From: Acetobacterium sp.
GTDB taxonomy: Bacteria > Bacillota > Clostridia > Eubacteriales > Eubacteriaceae
DNA: 64,000 nt
Assembly (NCBI GenBank): GCA_028692885.1
Contig: JAQUWM010000002.1
Location: forward strand, 15,403 to 79,402
Direction of reading: 5' to 3'
In this document: piece after piece, positions 28,497-39,928 of the stretch
How the letters are laid out: the number at the start of each line of letters is the position of its first letter
Numbering within the stretch: position 1 is the stretch's first letter
Notes under the pieces: generated by a model
Seen by the model: only the letters and a program-made list of their open reading frames with translations
Databases searched by the model: none
Told to the model about the DNA's origin: nothing
Made by a program: the position numbers and the translations under genes

Positions 28497-31400
28497 TCAG
28501 TTAACAGCGATCGAAAACCGTGAAACCAACATGCTGGTTTCAGCCGCGGCCGGATCAGGTAAAACAGCTCTGTTGATCCAGCGGATTGTTCGGATTGTCC
28601 GGGAAGAAAAGGTCGGGGTCGATGAACTGCTGATTCTAACCTTTACCCGGGGCGCTGCTGGAGAAATGAAAAATCGTCTCAGCCAGGCGCTGGCCCGGGA
28701 ACTGGAAAACCCCGAAAATGACCGGAGCTTTTTAATGAAGCAAATGAATAGTTTAGGGGGCGCTTCCATTTCTACCCTCCATTCTTTTTGCCTTAGCGTT
28801 TTACGCCAATATTTTCATCAGGGCGACATCGACCCCGGTTTTGCCATTGGCAATGATACCGAAATCGCGCTGATGCTCAAAGAAACCCTGGAAGAAGTTT
28901 TTGAAGACGAATACCAGCGGGCCATTACTAATAAAAATATGATACCAAATAATCAGGAAGAGTCCAGTGAGGGTCAGGATAAAAGCGAACAGGCCATTGA
29001 TTTTCTGGATTTAATCGAAAAATACAGCGGCAATAAAAATGATCAGGCCTTAAAAGATACGGTCGAAACCTTGTATCGCTTTCTGGCCACCCAGCCAAAC
29101 CCGAAAAATTGGAGCCATCAGGCCTTGGCGTTGTTTGATTGCGATGTAAAAAGCCTGGAAGCTTCGGTGTGGGGAAGCGCCTTAAAAAAAATAATTGAAA
29201 CTGAGCTTCAGGGCGCTATGGATTCGGCCATCAAAGCCAGGGACTTAAGCGCTGCTGTGGGTTTTGAGAAGACCCATGAGCAGATGAAAAGCGAGGTGTT
29301 GATGCTGGAAGTGCTGGAAAAAGCGATCCGATCGGATCTGGTCGAGGGGCTGGAAGCCTTGAAAAACCTGAGTTACGACCGCTTTAAAGGCGCAGCTAAA
29401 CAGGATAAAGAGCTTAATGAGCAGATCAAAAAATATCGCGATGAAGCCAAAACCAGTATCGCCAAGCTGCAAAAACGTTTTGCTATCAATATCGATGAAA
29501 TGGTGCAGGAGTTAAGCGATCTAAAAAAACCGATGGCCGATCTGGTTTTACTGACGCAGAAATTTTGGACTGCCTTTCAGGCCAAAAAAGCCCAGAAAAA
29601 CCTGGTCGATTACAATGATCTGGAACAGCTGACGCTTAAAATTCTAATGGACCCGGAAGTAGCCGATGAGGTCCGCGTCCGCTATCGCTATATTTTTCTG
29701 GATGAATATCAGGATACCAATGAAATGCAGGAAACCATTCTCCAGCAGATTGTTCGGGATAATAATTATTTTATGGTCGGTGATGTTAAACAGAGCATTT
29801 ATCGATTTCGGCTGGCCGATCCGACCATCTTTATCGGCAAGTATGAAAGCTTTGGCAGGGATGAAAACCCCAACAACAGTCTGGTCACCCTGAATCAGAA
29901 TTTCCGATCTGCTCAGGGGGTGATTAACAGTGTTAATGCTATTTTTGAGAAGGTCATGAGTGCCGGATTGGGGGAAATTAATTATGACCAACAGGCCCGG
30001 CTCAACAAGGGTCTGCCCCATGAAGGGCCTTATCAAAAAACCGAAATCCATATTATTGAAGAGCAAAAGCAGGAAGCGGGTGTTCTTCAGGGTTTTGACG
30101 AAGAAGACCAGGAGGATGTGACCGCCGTTGAAGTTGAGGCTCGGTTTGTCGCCGAAAAAATTCAGTCCCTGGTGGGAACCACTTTTTTTGATACCCGCCA
30201 TAATCAGGAACGGGCCATCAACTATGGTGATTTTGGGGTACTGATGCGAAGCGTCGCCGGGCGCGGGGATGTCTATCTCAAGGTCTTCAGTGAAATGGGG
30301 ATTCCCACTTATTTTGACGGCGGCACCAATTACTACGAGTCGCTGGAAATCACGATGATCTTAAACCTGCTGAACCTGATGGATAACCAGCATCAGGATC
30401 TGCCGTTATTGAGCATTATGACCTCGCCGATCGGCAATTTCACCACCACCCAATGTACAAGGCTGCGGATTGCCCATCCCCAGGGATTTTTTTATCAGGC
30501 GGTGGAAGCTTATGCTCAGCAAGAATGTGACGAGCTGGCCCAAAAACTGGGTGTTTTTTATCAAAAATTAACCGCTTGGCGTGATCAATCCAAACTGATG
30601 CCGGTCGAAGATTTTCTCTGGAAAGTCTATCTGGAGTCCGGTTATTACGCCTTTGTAGGAGCCCTTCCCGGTGGCGAGCAGCGGCAGAACAATTTGCGAA
30701 TATTGCTTAAGCGGGCCGGGGATTATAAAAAATCGACCCTCAAAGGGTTGTATCAATTTATCCGCTTTGTCGAAAACATGAAAAAACATAAACAGGATAT
30801 TTCACCGCCAGCGATGGTCAGCAATCATGAGGCGGTGGTGCGGCTAATGACGATCCATAAAAGTAAGGGGCTGGAATTTCCGATCGTCATTCTTACCGGG
30901 GCCGGAAAAGGCTTCAATAAGCGCAGCAATTACGCACAGGTGTTATTTCATAAAGACTTGGGAATCTGTCCGGACTATGTCAATCTGGAAAAACGGTATA
31001 AGCATAATTCGCTGGCCAAAGAGGTGTGCAAGGCCCAGAGTAATATGGAAATGCTTTCCGAAGAAATGCGGCTGCTTTATGTGGGGATGACTCGGGCCGA
31101 AGAAAAACTGATAATTGTGGGGACGGTGAAAAACCGCGATAAAGCCTGGCAAAAATGGCATAACGAGCCTGACGAGTATCACCTCCTCAATGCCGCCAAT
31201 TTGCTGGACTGGGTAATGATGGGGGTATTGGCTGGCCGTGATTCGGCGCAGACCAATCTGGAATTGGCAGATTTTGACATTGCTTACCATCAGGCTGATC
31301 AGTTCACCGAAAAAACGGGTCTGGCAAGGGAAAATCAACAGGACGTGAATGATCGTTCGACGGCGATCGATACGGAGCTGGATAATCCTGAAGCAGTAGT

Positions 31401-32187
31401 GAAAAAGTCCACAATCGATATTTCACAGGCCGACCGGGAGGCCATTCACCAGCGCCTGGATTTTCGCTATCCGGCCAAAGCGGCGAACGAATTCCCCAGT
31501 AAGATGAGTGTTACCGAAATCAAAGACTATCAGAAAAAGGATCAGATTGATCAGCAGGAGACGATCAGGAGGCTTTCCCAAAAACAGGAGAAACCCAAGT
31601 TTATGGAACAAAAACAGACAGATTTCACCGCCGCCCAACGGGGATCGGCCCTTCATCTGTTAATGGAAGTGATTGATTTAAAACCAATCCGGGAGGAATT
31701 TTTAAATAATGGCCAGTCACCATTGCCGGTGTTTCTGGAAAAATATCTGGTCAACCAGATTGAGGTCCTGATCCAAAAAGAATTTCTGCCGGAAGCCTTG
31801 GCCAGGACTATCAGTGTCGATAAACTGATCAGCTTTTATACCTCCCCGCTGGGGATCAGGCTGCTGTCAGCCGAAAAAATCAGGCGGGAAATCCCCTTCA
31901 ACTATGGCTATTCACCGGCTCAGATCCGGGCGGAATGGGTGGATATTTCGGAAAAAATCATCGTACAGGGGATTATTGACTGTGCTTTTATGGAAGCGGG
32001 CCAATGGGTCATTATCGACTACAAGACTGATTATTTTAAAGATCCCCATCAGCGGGAGCAAATAATTAGTGGTTACGAGGTTCAGATCAATCTTTACGCT
32101 AAGGCCCTCACCGATCTGACCGGTATTCCAGTGAAGGAAAAAATAATCGGGTTGATCACCATGAAAGAAAATATCAGCATTCCGTGA
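28480..32187 (+). CDS. addA: ATP-dependent helicase/nuclease subunit A
   Basis: AAAGSGKT, DEYQD, VGDVKQSIYRFR, TIHKSKGLEF, QGIID...IDYKTD. Confidence 0.96.
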   Translation: MKWTSDQLTAIENRETNMLVSAAAGSGKTALLIQRIVRIVREEKVGVDELLILTFTRGAAGEMKNRLSQALARELENPENDRSFLMKQMNSLGGASISTLHSFCLSVLRQYFHQGDIDPGFAIGNDTEIALMLKETLEEVFEDEYQRAITNKNMIPNNQEESSEGQDKSEQAIDFLDLIEKYSGNKNDQALKDTVETLYRFLATQPNPKNWSHQALALFDCDVKSLEASVWGSALKKIIETELQGAMDSAIKARDLSAAVGFEKTHEQMKSEVLMLEVLEKAIRSDLVEGLEALKNLSYDRFKGAAKQDKELNEQIKKYRDEAKTSIAKLQKRFAINIDEMVQELSDLKKPMADLVLLTQKFWTAFQAKKAQKNLVDYNDLEQLTLKILMDPEVADEVRVRYRYIFLDEYQDTNEMQETILQQIVRDNNYFMVGDVKQSIYRFRLADPTIFIGKYESFGRDENPNNSLVTLNQNFRSAQGVINSVNAIFEKVMSAGLGEINYDQQARLNKGLPHEGPYQKTEIHIIEEQKQEAGVLQGFDEEDQEDVTAVEVEARFVAEKIQSLVGTTFFDTRHNQERAINYGDFGVLMRSVAGRGDVYLKVFSEMGIPTYFDGGTNYYESLEITMILNLLNLMDNQHQDLPLLSIMTSPIGNFTTTQCTRLRIAHPQGFFYQAVEAYAQQECDELAQKLGVFYQKLTAWRDQSKLMPVEDFLWKVYLESGYYAFVGALPGGEQRQNNLRILLKRAGDYKKSTLKGLYQFIRFVENMKKHKQDISPPAMVSNHEAVVRLMTIHKSKGLEFPIVILTGAGKGFNKRSNYAQVLFHKDLGICPDYVNLEKRYKHNSLAKEVCKAQSNMEMLSEEMRLLYVGMTRAEEKLIIVGTVKNRDKAWQKWHNEPDEYHLLNAANLLDWVMMGVLAGRDSAQTNLELADFDIAYHQADQFTEKTGLARENQQDVNDRSTAIDTELDNPEAVVKKSTIDISQADREAIHQRLDFRYPAKAANEFPSKMSVTEIKDYQKKDQIDQQETIRRLSQKQEKPKFMEQKQTDFTAAQRGSALHLLMEVIDLKPIREEFLNNGQSPLPVFLEKYLVNQIEVLIQKEFLPEALARTISVDKLISFYTSPLGIRLLSAEKIRREIPFNYGYSPAQIRAEWVDISEKIIVQGIIDCAFMEAGQWVIIDYKTDYFKDPHQREQIISGYEVQINLYAKALTDLTGIPVKEKIIGLITMKENISIP

Positions 32188-32377
32188 GGGGCTGAATTAT
32201 TTAACTGTGATTGCGTGTTTTCTTAATCAAAACATGGTAAAATGTTAAAAACAACCATGTTTTAGCATCGGCGCATGCCCCGTCAAACAGCAGTCAGGTC
32301 TTTGTCCTGTGGCTGTAGCTAATCAATAATCAGCGGCAGCGCGTAATAATTAAATTTAATAATAAAGGATATATCTA

Positions 32378-35300
32378 ATGAAAGCATTGCAGAAAGATAC
32401 ATTCAGAGAAATAAAAAAATCAAGAAACCGCTTCTTGTCAATTGTCGCCATCATTGCGCTGGGGATCTGCTTTTTTGTGGGGGTTAAAACAACTGGACCG
32501 AGCATGAAATATACGGTCAGTGAGTACTATCAGAACCAGCAGTTGATGGATATGAGACTGGTTTCCACCTATGGTTTTTTACCGGCAGATGTGGATGCCA
32601 TCAAGAATATCTCAGGGGTGGCGACCGTGATGCCCAGCTATTCGGCGGATGTGATCATTGAGCGGGGTGATAAACGGCCGGTCATCAAGCTGATGGCCTA
32701 CCAGTCAGATCAGGCCCTGAATCAGCCGGTGCTGGTGGTCGGGCGGTTACCGGAAAATGCGGGGGAAATTCTGCTGGAACAGCCTCAGGAAGATAAGGGC
32801 ATGGGGGTTTCCAGTCATATTTATCAACTGGGCGAAATGATCAAGCTCTTCCCGGAGGTTGGTGATAAAGCTTTGTCTGAATCGATCAAAAGTGATCAAT
32901 TCACCATCGTTGGTTTTGTCAGATCGCCGCAGTTTGTTTCCATTGAACGGGGTAGTACCTCGGTCGGTCGGGGTGAAGTGGATTATTATGGTTTTATCCC
33001 TACTGAAAATTTTGTCTTTGAACGTTTCACTGAAGTTTATCTCTTATCTCAGGCCTCTGCCGACGGAGTTAATCCCTTTTCAGCAGAATACGCAGAAGCG
33101 ATTGGTAGTCTGGAGAAACAATTAGAAGCCTTGGGTCTTCAGCAACTGGAAATCAATCATACCGATATTATGGCCAAGGCTCAGACCGAACTGGATAAGG
33201 GGCGGGCCAAGTACAACGATGGGGTGACCCAGTTTAATGAGGGCATTGCTCAGGGCAAGGCCAGTTTGAACGACGCCAGAAACCAGCTAATTGACGGCGA
33301 GGCCGCCCTAAGCGCCGGCTGGGATGAGTATAACACCACAATTGCCCAGACCCAGGCTCAGCTTGCCGATGCTCAAAATCAGATCATTCAGGGTGAAGCA
33401 GATCTGATCAATGGAGCGGATACCTTAAAACAGGAGTTGGCAAATGGTGAGGTGCAACTGGAAACCCTGCGCCAGGGCATCGTCGAGTTAAAAAACGGTA
33501 TTACCCAAATGGAAGCTCAGGATCCATCTGGTCAGTTGCCAGCGCTGGAAGCCCAGTTGGCCGAGCTGGAAAACCAGATTGCCGAGGGCGAAAGTGCCTT
33601 GGCAAATCTGACGGCCATGAAGGCCGGAGTCGAAGCCCAGATTCAAAGTCTGGATCCAGCTGCCCCAGATTATCAGGCTCAGTTGGCCGCTCTGGAAACC
33701 CAGTTGGCTGAGCTTAACAGCCAGATTGCTGAAGTCGAAGCGGGTTTAGCTCAGGCTTACGCCGGAAAAGACCAGATCCAGCAGGGCATTGACGAGATTT
33801 ACGCCTTTCAGGCTCAATTGACAGGAATGAAAACCCAGCTGGCTGAGTTAGAAGCAACCCTGCCCCAGGCCGAAGCTGCCCTTGCTCAGGCCGCCATCGA
33901 CGGCGAGAATCAACTGTCCGCCGGATGGGCGACCCTGGCTGCCAGCAAGAACCAGTTGACCGCCGGAATTGCAGCCTTTGAGGCTGGTCGCGAAGAAGGA
34001 CTCGATACGCTGATTGCCTCTCAGGATCAATTGGAGGCCGGATGGGCGGAACTTGCTGATGGCGAAGCGCAGCTGGCTCAGAAACGGGCAGAAGGTGAAG
34101 CAGAACTGGCTGATGCTGCCAATGAGTTGGCTAAGGCCGAGGCGAAAATTGGCGATCTGGAATTTGGGAAATGGTATCTGTTTAATCGTGATGATAATCC
34201 CGGTTATACCAGTTATGGCGAAGACGCCCAGCGGATTGACAATATCGCCGGCGTGTTTCCACTGATCTTTCTACTGGTAGCAGCACTGGTATCCTTCACC
34301 ACCATGACTCGAATGGTGGAAGAGCAGCGGACCCAGATTGGCACGCTAAAAGCACTGGGTTACCGTCACGATCAGATTGGATCGAAGTTTTTTGTTTATG
34401 CCTTATTGGCTGGCAGTATCGGTTCAGTCATCGGTTTGCTTGTTGGTATCAATACTCTACCGCATTTAATCGCTGGCGCCTACGGACTGCTCTACCAGGT
34501 TCCCGATTTAATCATCGCGCCACCCTGGCTACCGATTATTATTGCCTGTCTGATTGCGGTATTCTGTACCGTGGCGGCGGCTCTGATCGTTACCCATTAC
34601 GAGCTGAAAGAACACCCTTCGGAGCTGATGCGTCCCAAGGCCCCCAAAATTGGAAAACGGATTTTTCTCGAGAGTATTCCCTTTATCTGGAAACGGCTGG
34701 GTTTTATTGAAAAGGTCACCGCCCGCAACCTGCTGCGTTACAAGGGCCGGTTTTTTATGACGGTGATTGGGATTGCTGGTTGTACCGCCCTGATTTTGGC
34801 TGGTTTTGGACTTCAGGATGCAATTTTCTCGATGATCCCCCGGCAGTTTGAAAACATAACCGTCTTTGATGGTTATATGGCGTTGAAAAATGAAGAAACC
34901 CTGGCCGAAAAGGCGGAATTCAAAAAGATTCTGAATAATGACACTCGGTTCAGTGAAAACATCCTGGCTTATCAATCCAAAATGACCATTGAAAAAGCCG
35001 GAACGGGTAGTGGCAAAGCGACCTATCTATTTGTACCGGAAGCAGCTGCGAAGATTGACCATTTTATTCATCTGCAAAACAGAAAATCAGGAGCGGTGAT
35101 TAATCTGGAAGAAGCGGGCGCTGTTTTATCAGAAAAAGTGGCCAACAGTCTGGGACTTAAGGTGGGCGATACCATCCGGATCTATAATGACGATGAAAGT
35201 CATGAGGTGGTTTTGGGTGCCATTACCGAAAACTATCTGGAAAACTATCTCTATCTGTCTCCGGCCGTGTATGAAGAAGCCTTTGGAAAACCCTTGAGAG

Positions 35301-35845
35301 TAAATATGGCCTATGTCAATATCCCCGATACCACCACTGATCTGGAAAATACCATTGCCAATGAATGGCTGGCCAGGGAAGGCGTAGTAGCCGTGAACTT
35401 CACCGGCAATATTGTCAAGTCATCATCTGACAGTCTCAGCAGCTTGAGCATCGTGGTGGTGGTGATGCTGCTTTCGGCTGGGGCTCTGGCAGCGGTTGTC
35501 TTATACAACTTGACCAACATCAATATTTCTGAGCGGGTCCGCGAAATTGCTACCATCCGGGTATTAGGATTTTATGACATGGAAGTGTATAAATATATTT
35601 TTCGGGAGAATATTGTTCTTTCCGCCATTGGAATTGTCGTCGGTTTATTTTTAGGCGTTTTGCTTAATGGCTTTATCATCACTACCGTGGAAACAGATAT
35701 CGCCATGTTCGCCCGGGAAATTGAGCCAACCAGTTTTATCTACTCCGTCATCTTTACCTTGGCGTTTACCTTTATCGTCAATATTCTGATGACACCGCTG
35801 ATCAAACGCATCAGCATGGTGGAATCACTAAAATCGATCGAATAA
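32378..35845 (+). CDS. FtsX/MacB-like ABC permease with a long extracellular coiled coil
   Basis: MTRMVEEQRTQIGTLKALG and ERVREIATIRVLG FtsX motifs; QLAELE heptads. Confidence 0.9.
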   Translation: MKALQKDTFREIKKSRNRFLSIVAIIALGICFFVGVKTTGPSMKYTVSEYYQNQQLMDMRLVSTYGFLPADVDAIKNISGVATVMPSYSADVIIERGDKRPVIKLMAYQSDQALNQPVLVVGRLPENAGEILLEQPQEDKGMGVSSHIYQLGEMIKLFPEVGDKALSESIKSDQFTIVGFVRSPQFVSIERGSTSVGRGEVDYYGFIPTENFVFERFTEVYLLSQASADGVNPFSAEYAEAIGSLEKQLEALGLQQLEINHTDIMAKAQTELDKGRAKYNDGVTQFNEGIAQGKASLNDARNQLIDGEAALSAGWDEYNTTIAQTQAQLADAQNQIIQGEADLINGADTLKQELANGEVQLETLRQGIVELKNGITQMEAQDPSGQLPALEAQLAELENQIAEGESALANLTAMKAGVEAQIQSLDPAAPDYQAQLAALETQLAELNSQIAEVEAGLAQAYAGKDQIQQGIDEIYAFQAQLTGMKTQLAELEATLPQAEAALAQAAIDGENQLSAGWATLAASKNQLTAGIAAFEAGREEGLDTLIASQDQLEAGWAELADGEAQLAQKRAEGEAELADAANELAKAEAKIGDLEFGKWYLFNRDDNPGYTSYGEDAQRIDNIAGVFPLIFLLVAALVSFTTMTRMVEEQRTQIGTLKALGYRHDQIGSKFFVYALLAGSIGSVIGLLVGINTLPHLIAGAYGLLYQVPDLIIAPPWLPIIIACLIAVFCTVAAALIVTHYELKEHPSELMRPKAPKIGKRIFLESIPFIWKRLGFIEKVTARNLLRYKGRFFMTVIGIAGCTALILAGFGLQDAIFSMIPRQFENITVFDGYMALKNEETLAEKAEFKKILNNDTRFSENILAYQSKMTIEKAGTGSGKATYLFVPEAAAKIDHFIHLQNRKSGAVINLEEAGAVLSEKVANSLGLKVGDTIRIYNDDESHEVVLGAITENYLENYLYLSPAVYEEAFGKPLRVNMAYVNIPDTTTDLENTIANEWLAREGVVAVNFTGNIVKSSSDSLSSLSIVVVVMLLSAGALAAVVLYNLTNINISERVREIATIRVLGFYDMEVYKYIFRENIVLSAIGIVVGLFLGVLLNGFIITTVETDIAMFAREIEPTSFIYSVIFTLAFTFIVNILMTPLIKRISMVESLKSIE

Positions 35846-35886
35846 ATGATCAATAAGAAAAAACAACTAAATAATCGCATTTCAAT

Positions 35887-35931
35887 AAATAAAGCCGACT
35901 GGAAATTTTTAATTACCAGTCGGCTTTATTT
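35887..35931. terminator. Bidirectional terminator
   Basis: AAATAAAGCCGACTGG...CCAGTCGGCTTTATTT between convergent genes. Confidence 0.85.
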
Positions 35932-35995
35932 GTTATTAAATCAGTGTTTATATCAGTTGAAGAAAATAATGCAAGGAGGCGTATCGATGATCGCC

Positions 35996-37759
35996 TTATG
36001 AATTGCTGATAAACGCAGCGCCGGAGCTATCAACGGCGGTTCCTTTAGGTACCACCATAATCTCAATGCTCTCCAAGCGATAGCCATAGCCGGCGGTGCC
36101 GGATTGTTCGCCATTGGATGCCCAATTCAGCCATCCTAAATTCTCGACATGGGTACGGTAATGGATATCAAACCGATCGGCATCGGTGCCGGTAAGTTTA
36201 ATCTGAATAGCCTCCAGCCGGCGGCCTTCTCCGGCAGTACCGCTGGGTTCACCGTTATAGCGCCAATCCTGCCAGCCGATATCCTGGATATGGGTTCGAT
36301 AGGTGACACCGACATCATAGCCGGGATTATCCAAAGTAATGCTGATGGCTTCCAAGCGGTAACCTAAACCGGAGGTACCACTGAGTTCACCATTTAATTT
36401 ATAATCCGCTTCCCAGCCAAGGTTCTGAATATGGGTTTTATATAAGGCGGTTAATTGTTTATCAGTCGTTACCTTTGCTAAAGCCCGATCCAGCTGGATC
36501 AAACCATAACCAAAATAATCATCCTTGCCAGGATCACCTAAATCCAGGGCAGTGGCTTTTAATGCGGTTTCCACCTGGTCGGCAGTTAAGCTGCCATTGG
36601 CGGCCAGCAACACCCCGCAAGCTCCGGCAACAATTGGCGATGAGAAAGAGGTACCACTATCATTGGCATAATCGCCAGTAAGGGCGGTGGTATAAACATT
36701 TTCACCCGGGGCAGCCAGGTCTACCATGTTGTTATATTGGGAAAAAGAGGCCCGGTCATTGGAACGGGTGGTGGCAGCCACCGAAATAACGCCATCGTAG
36801 GAAGCTGGATAAGAAGACAATCCAGTTTCAGGGTCAGTTGGTTCGCCTTCATTTCCCGAGGAGGCCACCAGCACCTTGCCCCGATCTTTGGCATATTGAA
36901 TGGCGGCGGCTTCGCTATTATTATATTCATAACCGCCATAGCTCATATTGATGACCTTAATATCGGAACGATCGGCGGCATCCATTAAGGCGGCACAGAT
37001 ATTGGCAACGGAGAGACCTTTGGTGCCGACCCGATAAGGCGCAATTTTCACATTGGCAGTTCCAGCCACCCCGGAAAGGCCGATGCCATTATTGGCGGTA
37101 GCAGCAATAAAACCGCTGACTAAGGTTCCATGACCGTCCTGATCAGTGATTTCGGTACTTTTGGTGATGTAGTCATAACCGCTTATAATTCGTCCGGCCA
37201 GATCCGGATGATTGGTATTGAGTCCCGTATCTAAAACCGCAACACCGATGGTTTCAGCATTCGAGACCTGATCCCAGGTTTTATCGGCACCGATACTCTG
37301 AAATTGCCAGGCTTTGCCATCGGCAACATAGGGATCATTGGGCAGGGAATAGGTTTTAAGAATAGTATTGCGATCAGCTACCAACACATTGGGGTTATCA
37401 TTAATCGTTCTGATAAATTCATCAATATCGACATTGCTGTTTAATTCCAATACGTCAACCCGATCGGAGACAGTTTCTCCGGCGGCCACCTCATTGGTGG
37501 ATAAGGAGAGGCTTTGAGCATTAAGGGGGCTGGTCTTTTTGTAAATCACAACGACCTGCTGATTGATCGTGCCGTTACTGTTCACATCAGGAATTTCAGA
37601 CAGGGTATTGATGGTCATTTGATCAGTCACACTCACTTCGCTGGAATTGGCAAGACCACCGGTTTGGACTCGTTCGTTAGCCAGGATTGGTGTCGGTAGA
37701 AAAAACATTGACAGCACAATGCCGAACAAGACCAGGTGGTATTTGGTTTTACTTTTCAT
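35996..37759 (-). CDS. Secreted S8 subtilisin-like protease with C-terminal ChW repeats
   Basis: Signal peptide; VAVLDTG, GHGT and GTSFSSP triad; Y.TH...LGW / RLEAI repeats. Confidence 0.92.
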   Translation of the reverse strand: MKSKTKYHLVLFGIVLSMFFLPTPILANERVQTGGLANSSEVSVTDQMTINTLSEIPDVNSNGTINQQVVVIYKKTSPLNAQSLSLSTNEVAAGETVSDRVDVLELNSNVDIDEFIRTINDNPNVLVADRNTILKTYSLPNDPYVADGKAWQFQSIGADKTWDQVSNAETIGVAVLDTGLNTNHPDLAGRIISGYDYITKSTEITDQDGHGTLVSGFIAATANNGIGLSGVAGTANVKIAPYRVGTKGLSVANICAALMDAADRSDIKVINMSYGGYEYNNSEAAAIQYAKDRGKVLVASSGNEGEPTDPETGLSSYPASYDGVISVAATTRSNDRASFSQYNNMVDLAAPGENVYTTALTGDYANDSGTSFSSPIVAGACGVLLAANGSLTADQVETALKATALDLGDPGKDDYFGYGLIQLDRALAKVTTDKQLTALYKTHIQNLGWEADYKLNGELSGTSGLGYRLEAISITLDNPGYDVGVTYRTHIQDIGWQDWRYNGEPSGTAGEGRRLEAIQIKLTGTDADRFDIHYRTHVENLGWLNWASNGEQSGTAGYGYRLESIEIMVVPKGTAVDSSGAAFISNS

Positions 37760-38148
37760 GGGATTCTCCTTGGATAGTTATGAGTTTGTTATTGTGATCA
37801 GTCATCGACAGGCATTTGATGACTCAATAGTTTCTCATCGGATTATATCATAATCATCGGATGATTACCTTAGCTTTAACCTGAAATAAAGTTTAAAGGA
37901 GGATGATTTGGGAATTTAAAAGCCCAGTTTGCGAATAGGTTTATTAAGAATTATCGTCGTTTCATCAAAAGAAAAGAGCTGCATGATCTTCCCTGAGCTT
38001 TCAAGATCCACCTGATTCGAAAATCGAATTTTTCCACCTTCTTTTTCTTTTAAATAAACTATCTGCATGTTAGAATGGTTATAATTGAAACGAATATTGC
38101 TTACCTGACAGAAAAGATTGATGTTCTGTCAGGAATCAAAAGAAAAGG

Positions 38149-39159
38149 ATGAAAAGGAAAATGAGAAAAAAAATGAACACTAAAAAATTAATGGCCCTGG
38201 CTGGTTTGATGATGGTGATGATCCTTGGTTTTACTGCTTGTCAGGCAAAACCGGCCGAACCGCAAACCGTTAAGGTCGGAACCCTGGCCGGACCAACCGG
38301 AATGGGGATGGCGGAAATGATTGTCAACGGCGTGGATTTGGGCGAAAATGTTACCACTGAATTTACCGTAGCCGGTGCGCCGGATCAGTTGACCGCCAGC
38401 GTCATTAGTGGTGAATTTCAAATTGCCGCCCTGCCCAGCAATCTGGCTGCCGTGCTGTTTAATAAAACCGAAGGTCAGGTTGTCTTGGGATCCGTCAATA
38501 CCCTGGGAGTATTATATATTGTTGCCGATGAAACAGCCGGTGTTGCCAGCATCGCCGACTTAAAAGGAAAGACCATTGTTGCCAGTGGACAGGGTTCGAC
38601 ACCAGAATATGTGCTAAACTATTTACTGGAGAAAAACGGCTTGACACCGGGAGTCGACGTCACCATCAATTATGTGGCTGAACACAGTGAAGCAGTGACT
38701 CAATTGGCGGCCGGACAGGCCACCATTGCGATGATTCCGGAACCATTTGTGACAACCATCACATCTAAAAAACCAAATATTAAAATAGCAGTAGACATGT
38801 CAAAAGCCTGGGAAGAAGCCAGCAATGGTTCCCAATTACAGATGACGGCGGTGGTTGTCAACAAAGAATGGGCGCAAGCCAATCCTAAAGTGCTGGAAAA
38901 ATTCATGGAAGCCTATGAAACATCGATCAATGCTGTGAATGAAAATCCTGCTGAGGGGGCTAAAAATATTGTCGCCGCAGGAATTATGGCCGATGCAGCA
39001 GTGGCCGAAAAAGCGATTCCAAATAGTAACATCGTCTTTATTCCGGTTAAAGATGCCCAGGAATCCTTAAATGAATACTACACCATCTTAGCCGGATTTG
39101 AACCAAAGGCGGTTGGAGGAAAAGTTCCTGGTGAAGATTTCTACATTCTTGGAAAATAA
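38149..39159 (+). CDS. NitT/TauT-family ABC substrate-binding lipoprotein
   Basis: FTAC lipobox, GPTGMG, GQGSTPEY, PEPF; true start may be 38161 or 38173. Confidence 0.88.
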   Translation: MKRKMRKKMNTKKLMALAGLMMVMILGFTACQAKPAEPQTVKVGTLAGPTGMGMAEMIVNGVDLGENVTTEFTVAGAPDQLTASVISGEFQIAALPSNLAAVLFNKTEGQVVLGSVNTLGVLYIVADETAGVASIADLKGKTIVASGQGSTPEYVLNYLLEKNGLTPGVDVTINYVAEHSEAVTQLAAGQATIAMIPEPFVTTITSKKPNIKIAVDMSKAWEEASNGSQLQMTAVVVNKEWAQANPKVLEKFMEAYETSINAVNENPAEGAKNIVAAGIMADAAVAEKAIPNSNIVFIPVKDAQESLNEYYTILAGFEPKAVGGKVPGEDFYILGK

Positions 39160-39928
39160 GCGCAATAAAGCAACAAAAAAAATAATTGGAAAAATAGGAG
39201 TGGCTCTTTTCTGGGTGCTCCTCTGGGCATTGGCAGCCTGGTGGGTCGACAGCCCACTGGTGCTGCCATCGCCGCTTACTACCCTGGCAGGTGTGATTAC
39301 CCTGGCTGGGGATTTTGAGTTTTTTGTGAGTATTGGGATCACCCTGCTGCGGGTGTTTGGGGGTGTTTTTATTTCGGTACTGCTGGGTCTGCTGTTGGGT
39401 CTGGCAGGCGGACTCAACAAACCTTTTTATGAAATCATGAACCCCTTTGTCAGCACGATTAAGTCGTTGCCGGTGGTTTCGGTGATTATTCTGATCAATT
39501 TATGGATTGCCTCCGGCCTGGTACCGCTGGTGGTAACCTTTTTGATCTGCTTTCCGGTAACCTGGACAAATGTGGTGCAGGGGGTCAGAACGACCGATAA
39601 AAAGCTACTCCAGATGGCCAAAATTTATAATGTCGAACAGAGCAGGATCATTCGGGATATTTATCTGCCATCGATAAAACCCTATGCGGTGTCGGCTTTG
39701 ATGAACGCCATCGGTCTGGGCTGGAAGGTTACCGTCACCGCTGAGGTGCTGGCCAATGCCCTGCCGTCGATTGGGATGAATCTGTATTACTCAAAAATAT
39801 ATCTGGAAACCGATTTGCTTTTTTCGTGGACGCTGGTGATTGTGATTTGCAGTCTTGCCATTGAGAAGATTACCCTCTATGTGATCGGAAATAATCGAAA
39901 GGGGGATGGTCAATGTCCATTATCATAA
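39098..39928 (+). CDS. NitT/TauT-family ABC permease
   Basis: LPSP, IYLPSIKPY, WKVTVTAE; start uncertain. Confidence 0.85.
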   Translation: MNQRRLEEKFLVKISTFLENKRNKATKKIIGKIGVALFWVLLWALAAWWVDSPLVLPSPLTTLAGVITLAGDFEFFVSIGITLLRVFGGVFISVLLGLLLGLAGGLNKPFYEIMNPFVSTIKSLPVVSVIILINLWIASGLVPLVVTFLICFPVTWTNVVQGVRTTDKKLLQMAKIYNVEQSRIIRDIYLPSIKPYAVSALMNAIGLGWKVTVTAEVLANALPSIGMNLYYSKIYLETDLLFSWTLVIVICSLAIEKITLYVIGNNRKGDGQCPLS

